Both the position numbers and the translations under genes were made by a program. DNA of 63,356 nucleotides, filler included, from Octopus bimaculoides (lineage: Eukaryota): the NCBI RefSeq assembly GCF_001194135.2. It is 4 parts of 3 records of this genome, joined end to end, with 100 filler letters (N's around TTAATTAATTAA, not from the genome) between each part and the next. Parts side by side here need not be neighbours in the genome. Positions count along the whole stretch, not along the records: positions 33,091 to 55,435 come from NC_068986.1; 3 more parts are not named here. One strand, written 5' to 3'. This document shows positions 39,805 through 52,179 of this stretch, one piece after another. The notes under the pieces were generated by a model, which worked only from the letters and a program-made list of their open reading frames with translations, was not told the origin of the DNA and made no database searches. Numbering within the stretch: position 1 is the first letter of the stretch; each line of letters starts with the position of its first letter.

Positions 39805-39970
39805 ATCATCATCATCATCATCATCGTTTAACGTCCGCTTTCCATGCTAGCATGGGTTGGACGATTTGACTGAGGACTGGTGAAACCGGATGGCAACACC
39901 AGGCTCCAATCTAATTTGGCAGAGTTTCTACAGCTGGATGCCCTTCCTAACGCCAACCACTCAGAGAGTG
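39805..39970 (-). mobile_element. Family C: RTE-derived 3' end with (GAT)n tail
   Basis: (CAT)nCGTTTAACGTCCGCTTTCCATGCTAGCATGGG...CAGCTGGATGCCCTTCCTAACGCCAACCAC. Other copies lie at 4487-4680, 9770-10176, 40526-40717, 42055-42489, 45960-46160, 48420-48555, 50630-50770 and 57258-57395. Confidence 0.85.
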
Positions 39971-40005
<35 letters not shown>

Positions 40006-40012
40006 TCTCACC

Positions 40013-40717
40013 ACATGTCCATACCAGTGCAAGAGAGACGATTGCGCTGGTATGGACATGTNNNNNNNNNNNNNNNNNNNNNNNNNNNNNNNNNNNNNNN
40101 NNNNNNNNNNNNNNNNNNNNNNNNNNNNNNNNNNNNNNNNNNNNNNNNNNNNNNNNNNNNNNNNNNNNNNNNNNNNNNNNNNNNNNNNNNNNNNNNNNNN
40201 NNNNNNNNNNNNNNNNNNNNNNNNNNNNNNNNNNNNNNNNNNNNNNNNNNNNNNNNNNNNNNNNNNNNNNNNNNNNNNNNNNNNNNNNNNNNNNNNNNNN
40301 NNNNNNNNNNNNNNNNNNNNNNNNNNNNNNNNNNNNNNNNNNNNNNNNNNNNNNNNNNNNNNNNNNNNNNNNNNNNNNNNNNNNNNNNNNNNNNNNNNNN
40401 NNNNNNNNNNNNNNNNNNNNNNNNNNNNNNNNNNNNNNNNNNNNNNNNNNNNNNNNNNNNNNNNNNNNNNNNNNNNNNNNNNNNNNNNNNNNNNNNNNNN
40501 NNNNNNNNNNNNNNNNNNNNNNNNNGTGCGGGTGACACGTAAAAGCACCCACTAAACTCTCTGAGTGGTTGGCGTTAGGAAGGGCATCCAGCTGTAGAAA
40601 CTCTGCCAAATCAGACTGGAGCCTGGTGTTGCCATCCGGTTTCACCAGTCCTCAGTCAAATCGTCCAACCCATGCTGGCATGGAAAGCGGACGTTAAACG
40701 ATGATGATGATGATGAT
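40013..40717 (+). mobile_element. RTE LINE 3' portion (RT end QERRLRWYGH, gap, family C tail)
   Basis: CAAGAGAGACGATTGCGCTGGTATGGACAT translates QERRLRWYGH. After the 464-N gap the family C 3' end terminates in (GAT)n at 40717. Confidence 0.75.
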
Positions 40718-40727
40718 ATATATATAC

Positions 40728-40853
40728 ACAGGGTGATTCAAAAGTTGCTATACATAAGAACAATTTATTTTCTTATAAGAAACAGTTTTTTTTTTTATTT
40801 AACTGCTTCTTATAAAAAAAAAAAATTTTTCCTATGTATGGTGACTTTTGAAT
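40728..40853. mobile_element. Tc1/mariner-like MITE
   Basis: Imperfect TIRs ATTCAAAAGTTGCTATACATA ... TATGTATGGTGACTTTTGAAT around an AT-rich core, flanked by TA runs. Confidence 0.6.
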
Positions 40854-42789
40854 ATATATATGCCTATGTGTCTATGTTTTCCCCCACCACTGCTTAACAA
40901 CTGATGTTGGTTTACTTACATCCCTGTAACTTTGCGGAATAAATACCAAGCTTAAAAGGCAAAATACTGGGATCAATTTACTTGACAAAAGATTCTTGAA
41001 GTGCCCCGGCATAGTTGCAGCCTAATGCCTGAAACAAGTAAAAGATATATAGACACATACATACATGGATATATATAAATATATATATATATATGATTGG
41101 CTCCTTCCAGTTTCCATTTGCCAAACCTGCTTGGAAGGATTTGATCAGCCTGTGACTCCAGTAGAAGGTCCAAGGTGTTAAACAGTGGATTGAACCTGAA
41201 ACCATGTGGTATGGTTGTGAAATGAATTTTTTAATCACACAGTCATAGTTATATCTGTGTGTGTGTGTATATATATATATATCTATATATATATACATGT
41301 ATATATTAAAGATTAATAGACAAAACTGAGTGTACCAAAAAGCAATTTATTGTCACAATTGTTGTCTTGATGTACTGCTCCCTAGTGAACGTGGAATGGT
41401 GCAATAACACCAGATGCAACACACAATGCAAAGAAGACTCCTCAGGTGTAAAAATATACTTTTTACGTGCCACCAGCATGGGAGCCAGTCAAGGGACACT
41501 GGCATCGGCCACATTTGGATGGTGCATTTTATGTACCACCAGCACAGGAGCGAGTCAGGCAGGCCTGGTGTTGTCCATGCTCAAATGGTGCTTTTTATAT
41601 GTTTATATATGTATATATCTATATATATCATTTAACACATGCGTATAACTCCATTTATTTAATCTTATATTTATTCAAAATACCTCAAATTAACAGGGAG
41701 TTTCTACCTCGTAAACAGGAGTTACACCAAAGTTATTTTGTGAACTTTGCTACCCTGGTATCTATTAACCAATTTATTTTATCAGAGTTAATTGTTAACT
41801 AAGAGAAAATAAATACATATATTTATCTATATATGTATATATATATATATATATATATGAAAATATAAAAAGCGCCATTCGAGCGTGGACAACACCAGGC
41901 CTGCCTGACTCGCGCCTGTGCCAGTGGCACATAAAATGCACCATCCAAATGTGGCCGATGCCAGTGTCCCCTGACTGGCTCCCATATATATATATATTTA
42001 TATATATATATATATATTCATATATATATATATATATATATATATGATACATATATCATCATCATCGTTTAACATCTGCCTTCCATGCTAGCATGGGTTG
42101 GATGATTTGACTGAGGACTAGCAAGCCAGACAGCAGCACCAGGCTCCAATCTGATCTGGCAGAGTTTCTACAGCTGGATGCCCTTCCTAACGCCAACCAC
42201 TCCGAGAGTGTAGTGGGTGCTTTTACGTGCCACCGGCATGAGGGCCAATCACACGGTACTGGCAATGGTCATGCTCAAAATGGTGTTTTTTATGTGCCAC
42301 CTGCATGGGAGCTAGTCCAGCGGCACTGGCAACGACCTCACTGGCGCCTGTGCAGGTGGCATGTAAAATACACCATTTTGAGGATGGCCGTTGCCAGTAC
42401 CGCCTGACTGGCCTCCGTGTCAGTGGCATGTAAAAGCACCCACTACACTCTCGGAGTGGTTGGCGTTAGGAAGGGCATCCAGCTGTAGATGATATATATA
42501 TATATATACCGGAGTAAGCACATGAAATGTGCAACAAGTATATATATATATATATACTGTAAATCCTTGAGTATAATCCGCATTTTTTTCCCATAATTTA
42601 AAGGTCAAAATCCCTAGTGTGTACTATATACGAGGTTAAAAACGAAACTTTTCTAGGGTACTTAAGATTTTTGAGAAATATTTCTTCACAAAACTGACAG
42701 CATCTGCACATGCTCTCCACTGAGTTTCTATTATGTGTTTGACATTTTGACCAGAGACTGAAGTTAGGACAAACAAACATTCCCTACAT

Positions 42790-43075
42790 CCAAAATTTAG
42801 TGATCACCTGCCAAATTTAGTAAGTGATTTGTACAAGAGACAAATTCTGCTTTTTAGTTAATTTCCTTGATACGTTTCTGAACGCCATTATGTTGTCTAG
42901 CCAACACCTTAGCATTGTCATTTGCTTGCCCTCTACAATTCTGAATATCAATTCTGTCTTTTTCTAATTGTTCCAAAACCACAGTTGAAATATTGTCTGC
43001 AATTTTATCTTTTGTTTCAATGAAATCAATTAATGATTCCACAACCTTCACATTATCACCATTGATCATAAAAAA
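42790..43075 (-). mobile_element. hAT-superfamily transposase fragment
   Basis: FIETKDK.A.NI...VLEQLEKD.IDIQNCRGQANDNAKVL..QHNGVQKRIKEIN.KAEFVSCTNHLLNLA matches the CRGQ.YDNA..M.G...GVQ.RI...N..A.F..C..H.LNL signature. Confidence 0.88.
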
Positions 43076-44999
43076 AAAGAATATATAAATGTGTTACCTG
43101 CATAATTGGTTATTAAGACATTAAAAAATAAACCTATGAAAGCATATGTTTGTAAGAAGACACAACTGCTGTAAATATGAAAAGGAAAATGAAGAAAACA
43201 TCTATCGAATGAAATTCTAATTAAGGCATTGACTAATAAAAATCGGAAAAAAAAAAATGCTATTTTAAAAGTAAAATGCATAGGAAGACATTGTAAGGTA
43301 AGGTATTTTAATCCTGAAATTTTTTCTTATATAGAATTCTTTTGCAAATGCATATTTCTTAGTGTGTATGTGTGCATATGTATGTATGCATGCGTGTATG
43401 TATGTATGCATGTATGTATGTATGTATGTATGTATGTGTGTGTATGTATGTATGTGTGTATGTATGTATGTGTGTATGTATGTATGTATGTGTGTATGTA
43501 TGTATGTTATTTTAGGCTAGGTTCGGTTTGGTTAAAATTCTTAATTTGATTGGTGACACAACGATCATCTACTCACCTTCACACTAGTACTTCATAATCT
43601 CTCCAGGTCTATCACTCATCAATATGACATTGATGGTAGCAGCTCAAGTTTTATACCTGACAGGAAAAGAAAAGTCTTGGGCAATATTTTGGTTGTTTGG
43701 TGTTTATTTTCTGCATTTGAAAGCAAGTTGGTGAAATTGTTTGACGATATTCAAAGATTTCTCATACATAGCCACTTGTTCCCACCTGATCTTCCTACTA
43801 CTACACATAGCACTAGCATGCTATTAAGGTTTCTCATTGTTTTGACCCTCTTGCTTATATTTATTATGTCAAGAAGCCCTTCCTGTCACAAACCACTTTA
43901 CAGTATGTGTGAGAGTATTTTGCTGCCCAAATGTTATTTAGTCCTAGATCAATCAATCTTCATTGAGCTGAACTATGATCAAAAGCATTCCAGCTATGAC
44001 CACCCATATTATTCTAATACATAGAGCATCAAGAACTACATCATTTATTGCATTCTTCCTTTCTGAAATAGGGTGGAATTTGAGGGAAATTCAGCTGCTA
44101 CTTCTAGCATATAAAGCAACTATTCAGAGGTTACATTGTTATCTTTTATATTTCAGTTGTTTCATACATTAAACTCTGGCCATGCTGGTGTACTGCTTTG
44201 AAGATTTTTTAGTCAAATTAGTCTTTTTTAAGCCTGGTACTTATTCTATTGGTCTCTTTTGCTGAACTGCTAGGTTATGGGGATGTAAACAGACCAACAC
44301 TGGTTGTCAAGTGGTGCTGGGAGACAAACACAGACACAAAGACACACAGCTATATATATATATATATATATATATATGATATATATATATATANNNNNNN
44401 NNNNNNNNNNNNNNNNNNNNNNNNNNNNNNNNNNNNNNNNNNNNTATATATCATATATGTGTGTGTGTAACAGGCTTCTTACAGTTTCCACCTACCAAAT
44501 CCACCCACAAGTCTTTGGTCAGGCCAAAACTTTATTACAAGACACACAGTGGAACTGAACCTAGAACCATGTGGTTGGGAAGCAAACTTCATACCGCACA
44601 GCCATTCCTGCACCTATGTTCGCTTGTTATTTCTAATATTTTACAGATAGACAAACTACATTACTATCTTCCCTTAATCCAGTTAGGATTAATCTGGTAC
44701 AAGATTTTGAAATAATCCCCATGTCATGCTACAATCATGTTTATATGAATTTTCTATCTGTTGTGATGTAATTGTTGTTGTAATTGTCCCTCGTTTGAAA
44801 ATCGTATTTCATAGTAATTAGCTGTATCTTGGTTGTTGATAAATTATGAAGGAGATTGTTACTTCTTTCATTTGTATTGATAATTACTGTAATTAAAATT
44901 TTGTTTTCAGAAATTAGCATTTTGTGTAAAATCTAATTCACAGAAAATACAAAAACAGAAATATTTAATAATTGTTATTATTATTTTAAAATAAAATGT

Positions 45000-45258
45000 C
45001 CTTCTGTAAAAGAGGTGGTGGTGGTGGTGGTGGTGGTGGTGGTGATGATGATGGTTATGGTGGTGGTGGTAGTGTCAGTAGTGGTGATGATGGTAGTTGT
45101 AATTAATTGCAGTGGGAGAAGTGATGGATGTGGCATTTTTATATAAATTAGTTTATCATATTAATTTCAGATGTCATCATCATTATCATCATCACCAACA
45201 CTATCATTCTTTTTCTTGTTGTTGTTGTTGTTGCCATCATCATCAACATCATCATCAA

Positions 45259-45303
<45 letters not shown>

Positions 45304-45350
45304 TATTCTTGTCATCAGTATCATCATGATCACCATTATCTTTGTCATCA
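45000..45350. repeat. (GGT)n and (CAT)n trinucleotide tracts
   Basis: Directly visible; source of spurious poly-H/D/M ORFs. Confidence 0.9.
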
Positions 45351-45576
45351 TAGATTTGATCTTTATCTCTTGATTGTTTCACTCATTGGACTACGGCCAA
45401 GCTGGAGCACTGCCTTCAAAAGTGTTAGTTGAATGAATGAACCTCAGTTCTATTCTTTTCTTTTTTCTTCTTGTAAGCCTTGTACTTATTCTATTGTTCT
45501 CTTTTTGATGAACTACTACGTTACAGAAATGTAAATAAACCAACACTGGCTGTCAAGCAGAGGTGCAGGATAAACG

Positions 45577-45614
<38 letters not shown>

Positions 45615-45681
45615 GGAATGTGGACATGCTTAATCCCTCATCAATTATCGACCAAATATCATTACAATTTCAACACATGTA

Positions 45682-45743
<62 letters not shown>

Positions 45744-46994
45744 GGTATGGCTGTGTGGTATAAAGAGTGCTTCCCAACCACATAGTTCTGGGTTCAGTCA
45801 CACTGCATGGTACCTTGAGCAAGTTTTTTCTACAATAGGTTTGGGCTAACCAAAGCTTTGTGAGTGAATTTGATAGATGGAAACTGATCAATAAGTATCC
45901 AGATTGTTGCCATAGTACCAAAGCTAAAGTGTGCAGAGTTAAGCCACTGTGCCAGTACCACATAACAACACTTATGCTACTACTGCATAAATGCTCCCAG
46001 TACATTCTGTAAGGTAGTTTGCATTGGGAAGGGCATCCAACCGTAGAAACCATACCAAAACAATCATGGAGCCCAGGCAGCCCTTCAGCTAACCGACTCC
46101 TATCAAACCGTCCAACCTATGCCAACATGGAAAACATGTTAAATGATGATGATGATGATGTATGTATGTCTGTGTGTTTGTGAGTGTGTATACATTTTTA
46201 CCTATTCCACTGAGCTATAGTAGTGTAGATAGACTAATCAGTTGTTAGAACTCAAAATATTTACAATTCACTATAGTACCATGCTTTGGCTGTATGGGAG
46301 TTGTGAACTGTGTGATGATTTCCATTCCCTTCTCTTATATGATGTAGCAGGTCAGTACAGAGCATAATATTGGTATCAAATTTTGACACAAGGTCAACAA
46401 GTTCAAGTGAGGAGGTAAGTCGGTTACATCAACCCCAGTCTGTAACTGTTACATATCTTATCGACTCCCAAAAGGCATAACTTGAACTCTGAATGTAGAG
46501 ACGGATGAAATGCTGTTAAGTATTTTGCCCTGTGTGCTAATGGTTCTACCTGTTCACTGTCTTAGTACAGAGCAATATCAAAAAATAAATGAATGACAAA
46601 GGATTGGGTGTTACATGATCACCATCATTAGCTTGCTATTTTGACTATAAAGAAATTGCGCTCCAGAAGTTGAATGTCAGTGTGACATCTTACAACTTTC
46701 TCAAAATCATTTTGATGAAGTACCTTTTTGTCAATGAGGAAAGCATTTTAATAAATTAATGACAAAAGAACAGGAATTATGAAGTCAACTTCATTGGCTT
46801 ACAGGTGTTTCTGTTGTAAGGACCAGCACACTTAGAGCTGAGTGCTAGCACAACATCTTATAACTTCCACAGAGACATTTCAATGAATATTTATTGAGGA
46901 AAGAATTTAAGTATATAGCTGGGCACTTATAGACACACCTATAAAATAACACATTTAGATAGATATGATATATATATATGTATATGTATATATA

Positions 46995-47145
46995 CACCAG
47001 AGTAAGTACATAAATGCGAAACAAGGTGGAAAAAAATGTACTCGAATACCAGAGGTTGAGTAATATGCTTTATTAAAAAGCAGCAAAAATATCACAAAAT
47101 CTTTTACTCAGAGTTTCACGTTCTCGTCCGTTGGACAATTTTGTT
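46995..47145 (-). mobile_element. Probable Penelope-type terminal repeat fragment with degenerate hammerhead (47101-47140)
   Basis: The minus strand reads TTGT-CCAACGG-ACG-AGAA-CGT-GAAAC-TCT-GAGT-A. The 16-mer TACTCAGAGTTTCACG recurs exactly at 13681-13696, and the other end of the element (ACC.GAGTAAG.ACAT.AAATG) recurs at 42508-42538. Both of those ends abut (TA)n. Confidence 0.45.
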
Positions 47146-47189
47146 TAGGATGGAACCTTATTTTTGTTCCATTCTAAACAAATCTGGTT

Positions 47190-47577
47190 TCAAGATGAAA
47201 GGTATTCTTCTATCAGGATAGTGCTTGGCCACATACAACAAGGATGGAGAAGTTTGAATGGGAAATGATGCCCTACTCATCAAATTTGCCAGACATTGCC
47301 CCATCTGATTATCATTTATTCCTCAGTTTTCAAAATTATTTGGATTGAAAAAATAGGAATTCTGTAGGTGATGGCAGGACAGTACTGGAGGAGTATTTTT
47401 CATCATGTATAAGTGAATTTTGGAAGAGGGGCCTTGTAAGTCTACCAGATAGATGGAAGAGCTTTGTAGAAAATGAAGAAGAGTAAATTCTAGATTAAAA
47501 AAGAACTTTGTTTATCTTAATTTTTAAAAGTAAAAACAAGTATAAAAAAACCGCATTATTTATGGGATGACCCAATA
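47190..47577 (+). mobile_element. Mariner transposase C-terminal relic with right TIR
   Basis: FYQDSAWPH...FEWEMMPYSSNLPDIAPSDYHLFLSF.NYL...FWKRGL..LPDRW..FVEN (HPPYSPDLAPSDYHLF motif). It ends CGCATTATTTATGGGATGACCCAATA followed by TTA. Confidence 0.88.
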
Positions 47578-48276
47578 TTATACCTTGGTTATACTTAAGC
47601 ATGGAGTCAACTGTAAATCTACAGAAAAGAGAAAATTTGAATCAAAAACAACATTTTAGTTGAAAGCCATAATGGCACCTTCAAATAGTCATGGGTCTGT
47701 GACAGACAAGAAGTTAGGAATATTTTATAAACTGGATTTATGAACTAAAGCAAAGATAAATGCAATCTATTTTAGAATCTTTGAATAAAAATATATTTTC
47801 TAATCTCTGAAAATCCTGCTATAATCTTGATTTTATGTTTAAGGAAATCTTCTGATGAATTTTCCAGTCGGTTTAGTTCTGCAACTAATCTCAGGAATTA
47901 TCAGCTATTGGAATAAGTGAATGGAAAGCTGAAAAGTATTCCCTGAAAGGAGACATCACTTTTGACCTAAGGCTGATGAAATAGCAAGAGGAAATCCAAA
48001 ATAATATGATTATTTATTAATGAGAAATCTTTTGTGAAAGATTACTTTAAATAAATAATTAATAATTTTTAAAAGATTTTAATCTCTTACTTTAGAAAAA
48101 TAAAAGATAGAAAAATGAATTTAAAAAATGTGTTTTGAAAAATTCCAGTAAAAGAATTTCTAATTTCTTCTCTTAATAACTTAAGCCAGGAATCCACTTT
48201 TGAATCTCGACTGAAGCAAATTCTTTTATGTCACTGGGACTGGCATGATTCTTGTTCACCTCTTCCCTTAACTTTG

Positions 48277-48330
<54 letters not shown>

Positions 48331-49224
48331 TGCCATCATTATCATTATTGTCATTATCATTGTCATCATCATCATTGTTGTTATCATTGACATCACCATT
48401 GTTGTTGTCCTCTTCATCATTATCATTTAATATCTATGTTCCATGCTGGCATGGGTTTGATGGTCTGACAGGATGCGATGGATCTTAGGACTGCATTGTG
48501 CTCCAGTCTCTGCTTTAGCATGGATTTTTAAAAGTTGCATACCCTTCCTAATACCTGTGGCGGTGCATGGCTTAGTGGTTAGGGTGTTGGACTCATGATC
48601 ATGAGATTGTGGTTTCAATTCCTGGACCGGGTGACGCTTTGTGTTCTTGAGCAAAACACTTCATTTTACATTGCTCCAGTCTCCTCAGCTGGCAAAAATA
48701 AGTAATCCTGTGTTGGACCAGCATTCTGTCCTTGTGAGGAGAACATACACCATGGAAACCAGGAAATTGGCCCTTATGATTTTGCATGTCTCAAGAAAGC
48801 AACCCTACTTCCTAATGCCAACCTCTTCACAGCAAGTACTGCATACCTTTTTTTTTCATGCCACCAGCACTAGTAAAGCCATCATACAGTTTGCAAGACT
48901 ATGAACTATGCAATTTTGGGAGAACAATTTTATGCTAGGTGATGAAGAACAGAATATGGATAAAAGCACAAGAAGAGGGGCCAAACCAGAACAGGTTTGT
49001 TGCTGTAGTGGAGCTACTTGACTACTCACATATTAAAAGAGAGGGTGGGAGTAATTGAGTAGAACCAATGATTTCTAAAAGTCCTATTCACTTTAAGTTA
49101 AATATTTCAAACTATTTTAGTTTAGGAACATTTGACATTAGATCATAGTGAGGTGGCTTTGATTCATCTCCTGATCATTACTATTTCTTGTTAAAAAAAA
49201 CTAGCACTTTATTGGTTATGATGA

Positions 49225-49500
49225 GAAAGGTTCCAGTTGATCTGATCAACAAAACCCACTGCTCATGAAATTTATATGCATGTGACTGAGCACTCCACAG
49301 AGACATGTACCCTTAAATGTAGTTCTCAGGAAGATTCAGCCCAACACAGTGTGACAAGGCTGGCTCTTTGAAATGCAGGTACAACTCATTTTCACCAGCT
49401 GAGTGAACTGGAACAACATGAAATAAAGTGTCTTGCTCAAGGACACAATGCGTCACTGGGAACTGAACTCACGACCTTGCGATTGTGAGGCGAATACCTT
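49225..49500 (-). mobile_element. Chimeric SINE: E-type head/CORE-like domain joined to family B 3' half
   Basis: 49380-49500 matches the E head/CORE; 49225-49380 matches the B tail (CTTGTCACACTGTG...GTGGAGTGCTCAG...CAACTGGAACC). Confidence 0.8.
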
Positions 49501-49760
49501 GGTCTTCATGTTTCATAATAATACTTAATAGATATCTTTTATCTTTCCTTTTGTCTTTTACTTGATTTGGTTACTGGACTGCTGCGATGCTGGAGCATTG
49601 CTTTGAATGGTTTTAGTCAAATAAATTAACTCCCATACTTATTTTTTAAAGTCTGGTACTTATTCTATCTGTCTCTTTTGCTGAACTGCTAAGTTATGAG
49701 GATGTAAACAAACCAACACTTTGTTGTCAAGTGGTGGAAAGACAGACAGACAAATACATA

Positions 49761-49812
<52 letters not shown>

Positions 49813-51971
49813 CACACACAATGGTCTTCTTTCAGTTTCTATCTACCAAATTCACTCACAAGGCTTTGGTTGGCCTGGGGCTATAATAGAAGACACTTGC
49901 CTAAGGTGTCATGCGGTGTGATTGGACCTGAAACCATGTGCTTGAGAAGGAAACCTCTTACCACAGAACTATGCCTAAAATAATCTTTATTTGGGAGAAA
50001 ACATAAAATAAATGATGAAGCACAGAAAATGGCAAAAATTAAGAGAGGTTTTATTAGACACCATGTGCAAGAGGAAACTAAAATATTTGGACACTTATTT
50101 AAAAATGGTTGACATATAATGAGAAGAGAGAAAGAAAAAAAATCAAGAGTTTTGTCCCCCCCCAACATCGTTTGACAACTAATGGTGGTGTGTTTACGTC
50201 CCCGTAACTTAGTGGTTCGGCAAAAGAAACCGATAGAATAAGTACTAGGCTTACAAAGAATAAGTCCTGGGGTCGATTTGCTCGACTAAAGGCGGTGCTC
50301 CAGCATGGCCACAGTCAAATGACTGAAACAAGTAAAAGACTAAAATAGTAAAAAGAGTAAGAGTAAAGAGAGTTATGCAGTTATGGATGATATGAAAAAA
50401 TGGGAAAACTTAAGATACTTGTATAGTGATATATAAAGACTGCACAAGAAGGACTGAGATGGTGATTCATTATATTAAACCTGCTTTGAGTGGACAACAC
50501 CAAGTGGTTATGGCATCAATATTGTTTTTTAAGAAAAATATGAAGTCCACTTTCTCCTTAATTCTTTGCTTCACATCTTTGGGACTTTGTGCTTGTGTAA
50601 GAAATCATCATTATTGTCATTATTGTTTTGGATTGGTTCGTATGGCTGGATGCTCTTTCTAACACTAACCACTCTACAAAGTGTAGCAGATGCCTTTTAC
50701 ATGTCGCTGGCACAAGTGGCTTTAACGTGTCACTGGCACAAGTGCTTTTCATGTGTCACCAGCATTTTTGTGAATGAAATTTCATAGACAGAAACTGGAA
50801 GCCTGACACAAGAATTACACTTATAATTCAAATGGATTATATCTGTAATACAAAAGTCCATTCGTATCACACACAGGGACAAAGATTCTCTCAGGAAATT
50901 ACACTTAGAAATTTAGAGAAAGTAATGGCAACTATTGAAACATAAGAAACCAATAGTTTTATGTCTTTATATTTGGAAAAGTTAAATAAGGTTAAAGCTT
51001 AGAAGAGGAAGGACAGTATCTCTGACATTTACAAGGTTTTCAAAACTGCTTTGAAAGTGGGGAGAAGAAATTATGATCTATCACGTTGGTCCATCTCACA
51101 TACTTTCACACAATTTTTGTTTAACAAACATTGACTCAAAAAGCTTGGGCTGCTCTGAGCTTGTGACAGAAAACACTTCAGTTCTTATTCAGTACACTAG
51201 AGCCTGGAATCAGATGATCCAGAGCTAATTTCTTAATTTCATCGTCATGCCTATGCTACCTCTCAGGCCACAAACAATTATTAAAAGTTGGTGCTAGATT
51301 CATTTTTTTCTTTTGTTTATGGTATTAAGTGGATGCATAATAAATGTCTCAGGGTAGTATTTTAGTCTATTTCAGGTAACTTCCCAGGAGATGTGGTACC
51401 TACTGCTGGCAGATAATTGAACTGAATGAAAGAACGTAGAAATAGAACCTTGAGCACAGAAATACATGATACCTACCATATATTTGAACCCTTGACTAGT
51501 AAGGTCATCTCTAGAGGTAAACATTTAGAATAATGTTTATGTTGTCACTGCTTAGTCCCAGGTTAACCCTGACTGAGCAGAAGGCATATGATCAAAACTA
51601 GTACCATCCTGCACTTCTCTCGTGTATTGTATATTAAGGTCTACATGATACAATACATACTCCTACTTTAGGGATAGCAAAGCATCATTTGAAGTAAATT
51701 TGGCTAGTATTTCTAGCAGGTCGGATATCTACATAAAAATGTTTTTCTGTCACTACTTTGTAGACTTTGTAGTTTGCTTGGAGGCGGTGGTGGTGGCAAA
51801 ATCTACGTCTGGAAAATATATTGGAAAGTATTTAAAAACAATTATTTCAGTTACCTCCCTTTAATAGTACATAATCCCACAAGTTATCTCCCTTACACTT
51901 AACACTACTCTTCTTTCTCTAATAATAATCCTTCCGTAGGTGCAAAGCCTGAAATTTGTGAGGACGGGGCT

Positions 51972-52027
51972 TGTAGTTTCATTCCAGTGGTTTCATTCCG
52001 GATATTTACCACTGGAATGAAACTACA
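51972..52027. other. Perfect 20-bp inverted repeat with 16-nt loop, about 100 nt upstream of the variant hammerhead
   Basis: TGTAGTTTCATTCCAGTGGT / ACCACTGGAATGAAACTACA. Confidence 0.85.
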
Positions 52028-52130
52028 CTTCAAGTACTGTTCTCTCTTTTTTCAGCACATCACACTCTTTACCACTTCATACTAAAAATATCCGCCTATG
52101 GATATAATAATAGATTACTTTATTTTTTCT

Positions 52131-52179
52131 GTCTCCGATGAAGGGAAGTACTGGATCTTCCCAGAAACAGCTGTAAGAC
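52131..52179 (+). ncRNA. Minimal hammerhead-like motif with variant core CCGAUGA
   Basis: GTCT-CCGATGA-A-GGGAAG-tactggat-CTTCCC-A-GAAA-C-AGCT-GT-A-AGAC: stem I GTCT/AGAC, 6-bp stem II, palindromic ACAGCTGT stem III, GUA triplet. Confidence 0.65.

Noticed and set aside
39866-39890. CTGAGGA-CTGGT-GAAAC in family C resembling a hammerhead core
   Set aside because: There is no stem II, and GAAA is absent in other copies (e.g. about 42110).
45112-45432. Poly-His, poly-Asp and poly-Met ORFs (also 55717-56318, 58740-59418, 31525-31856)
   Set aside because: Trinucleotide microsatellites with no protein-like sequence outside the repeat.
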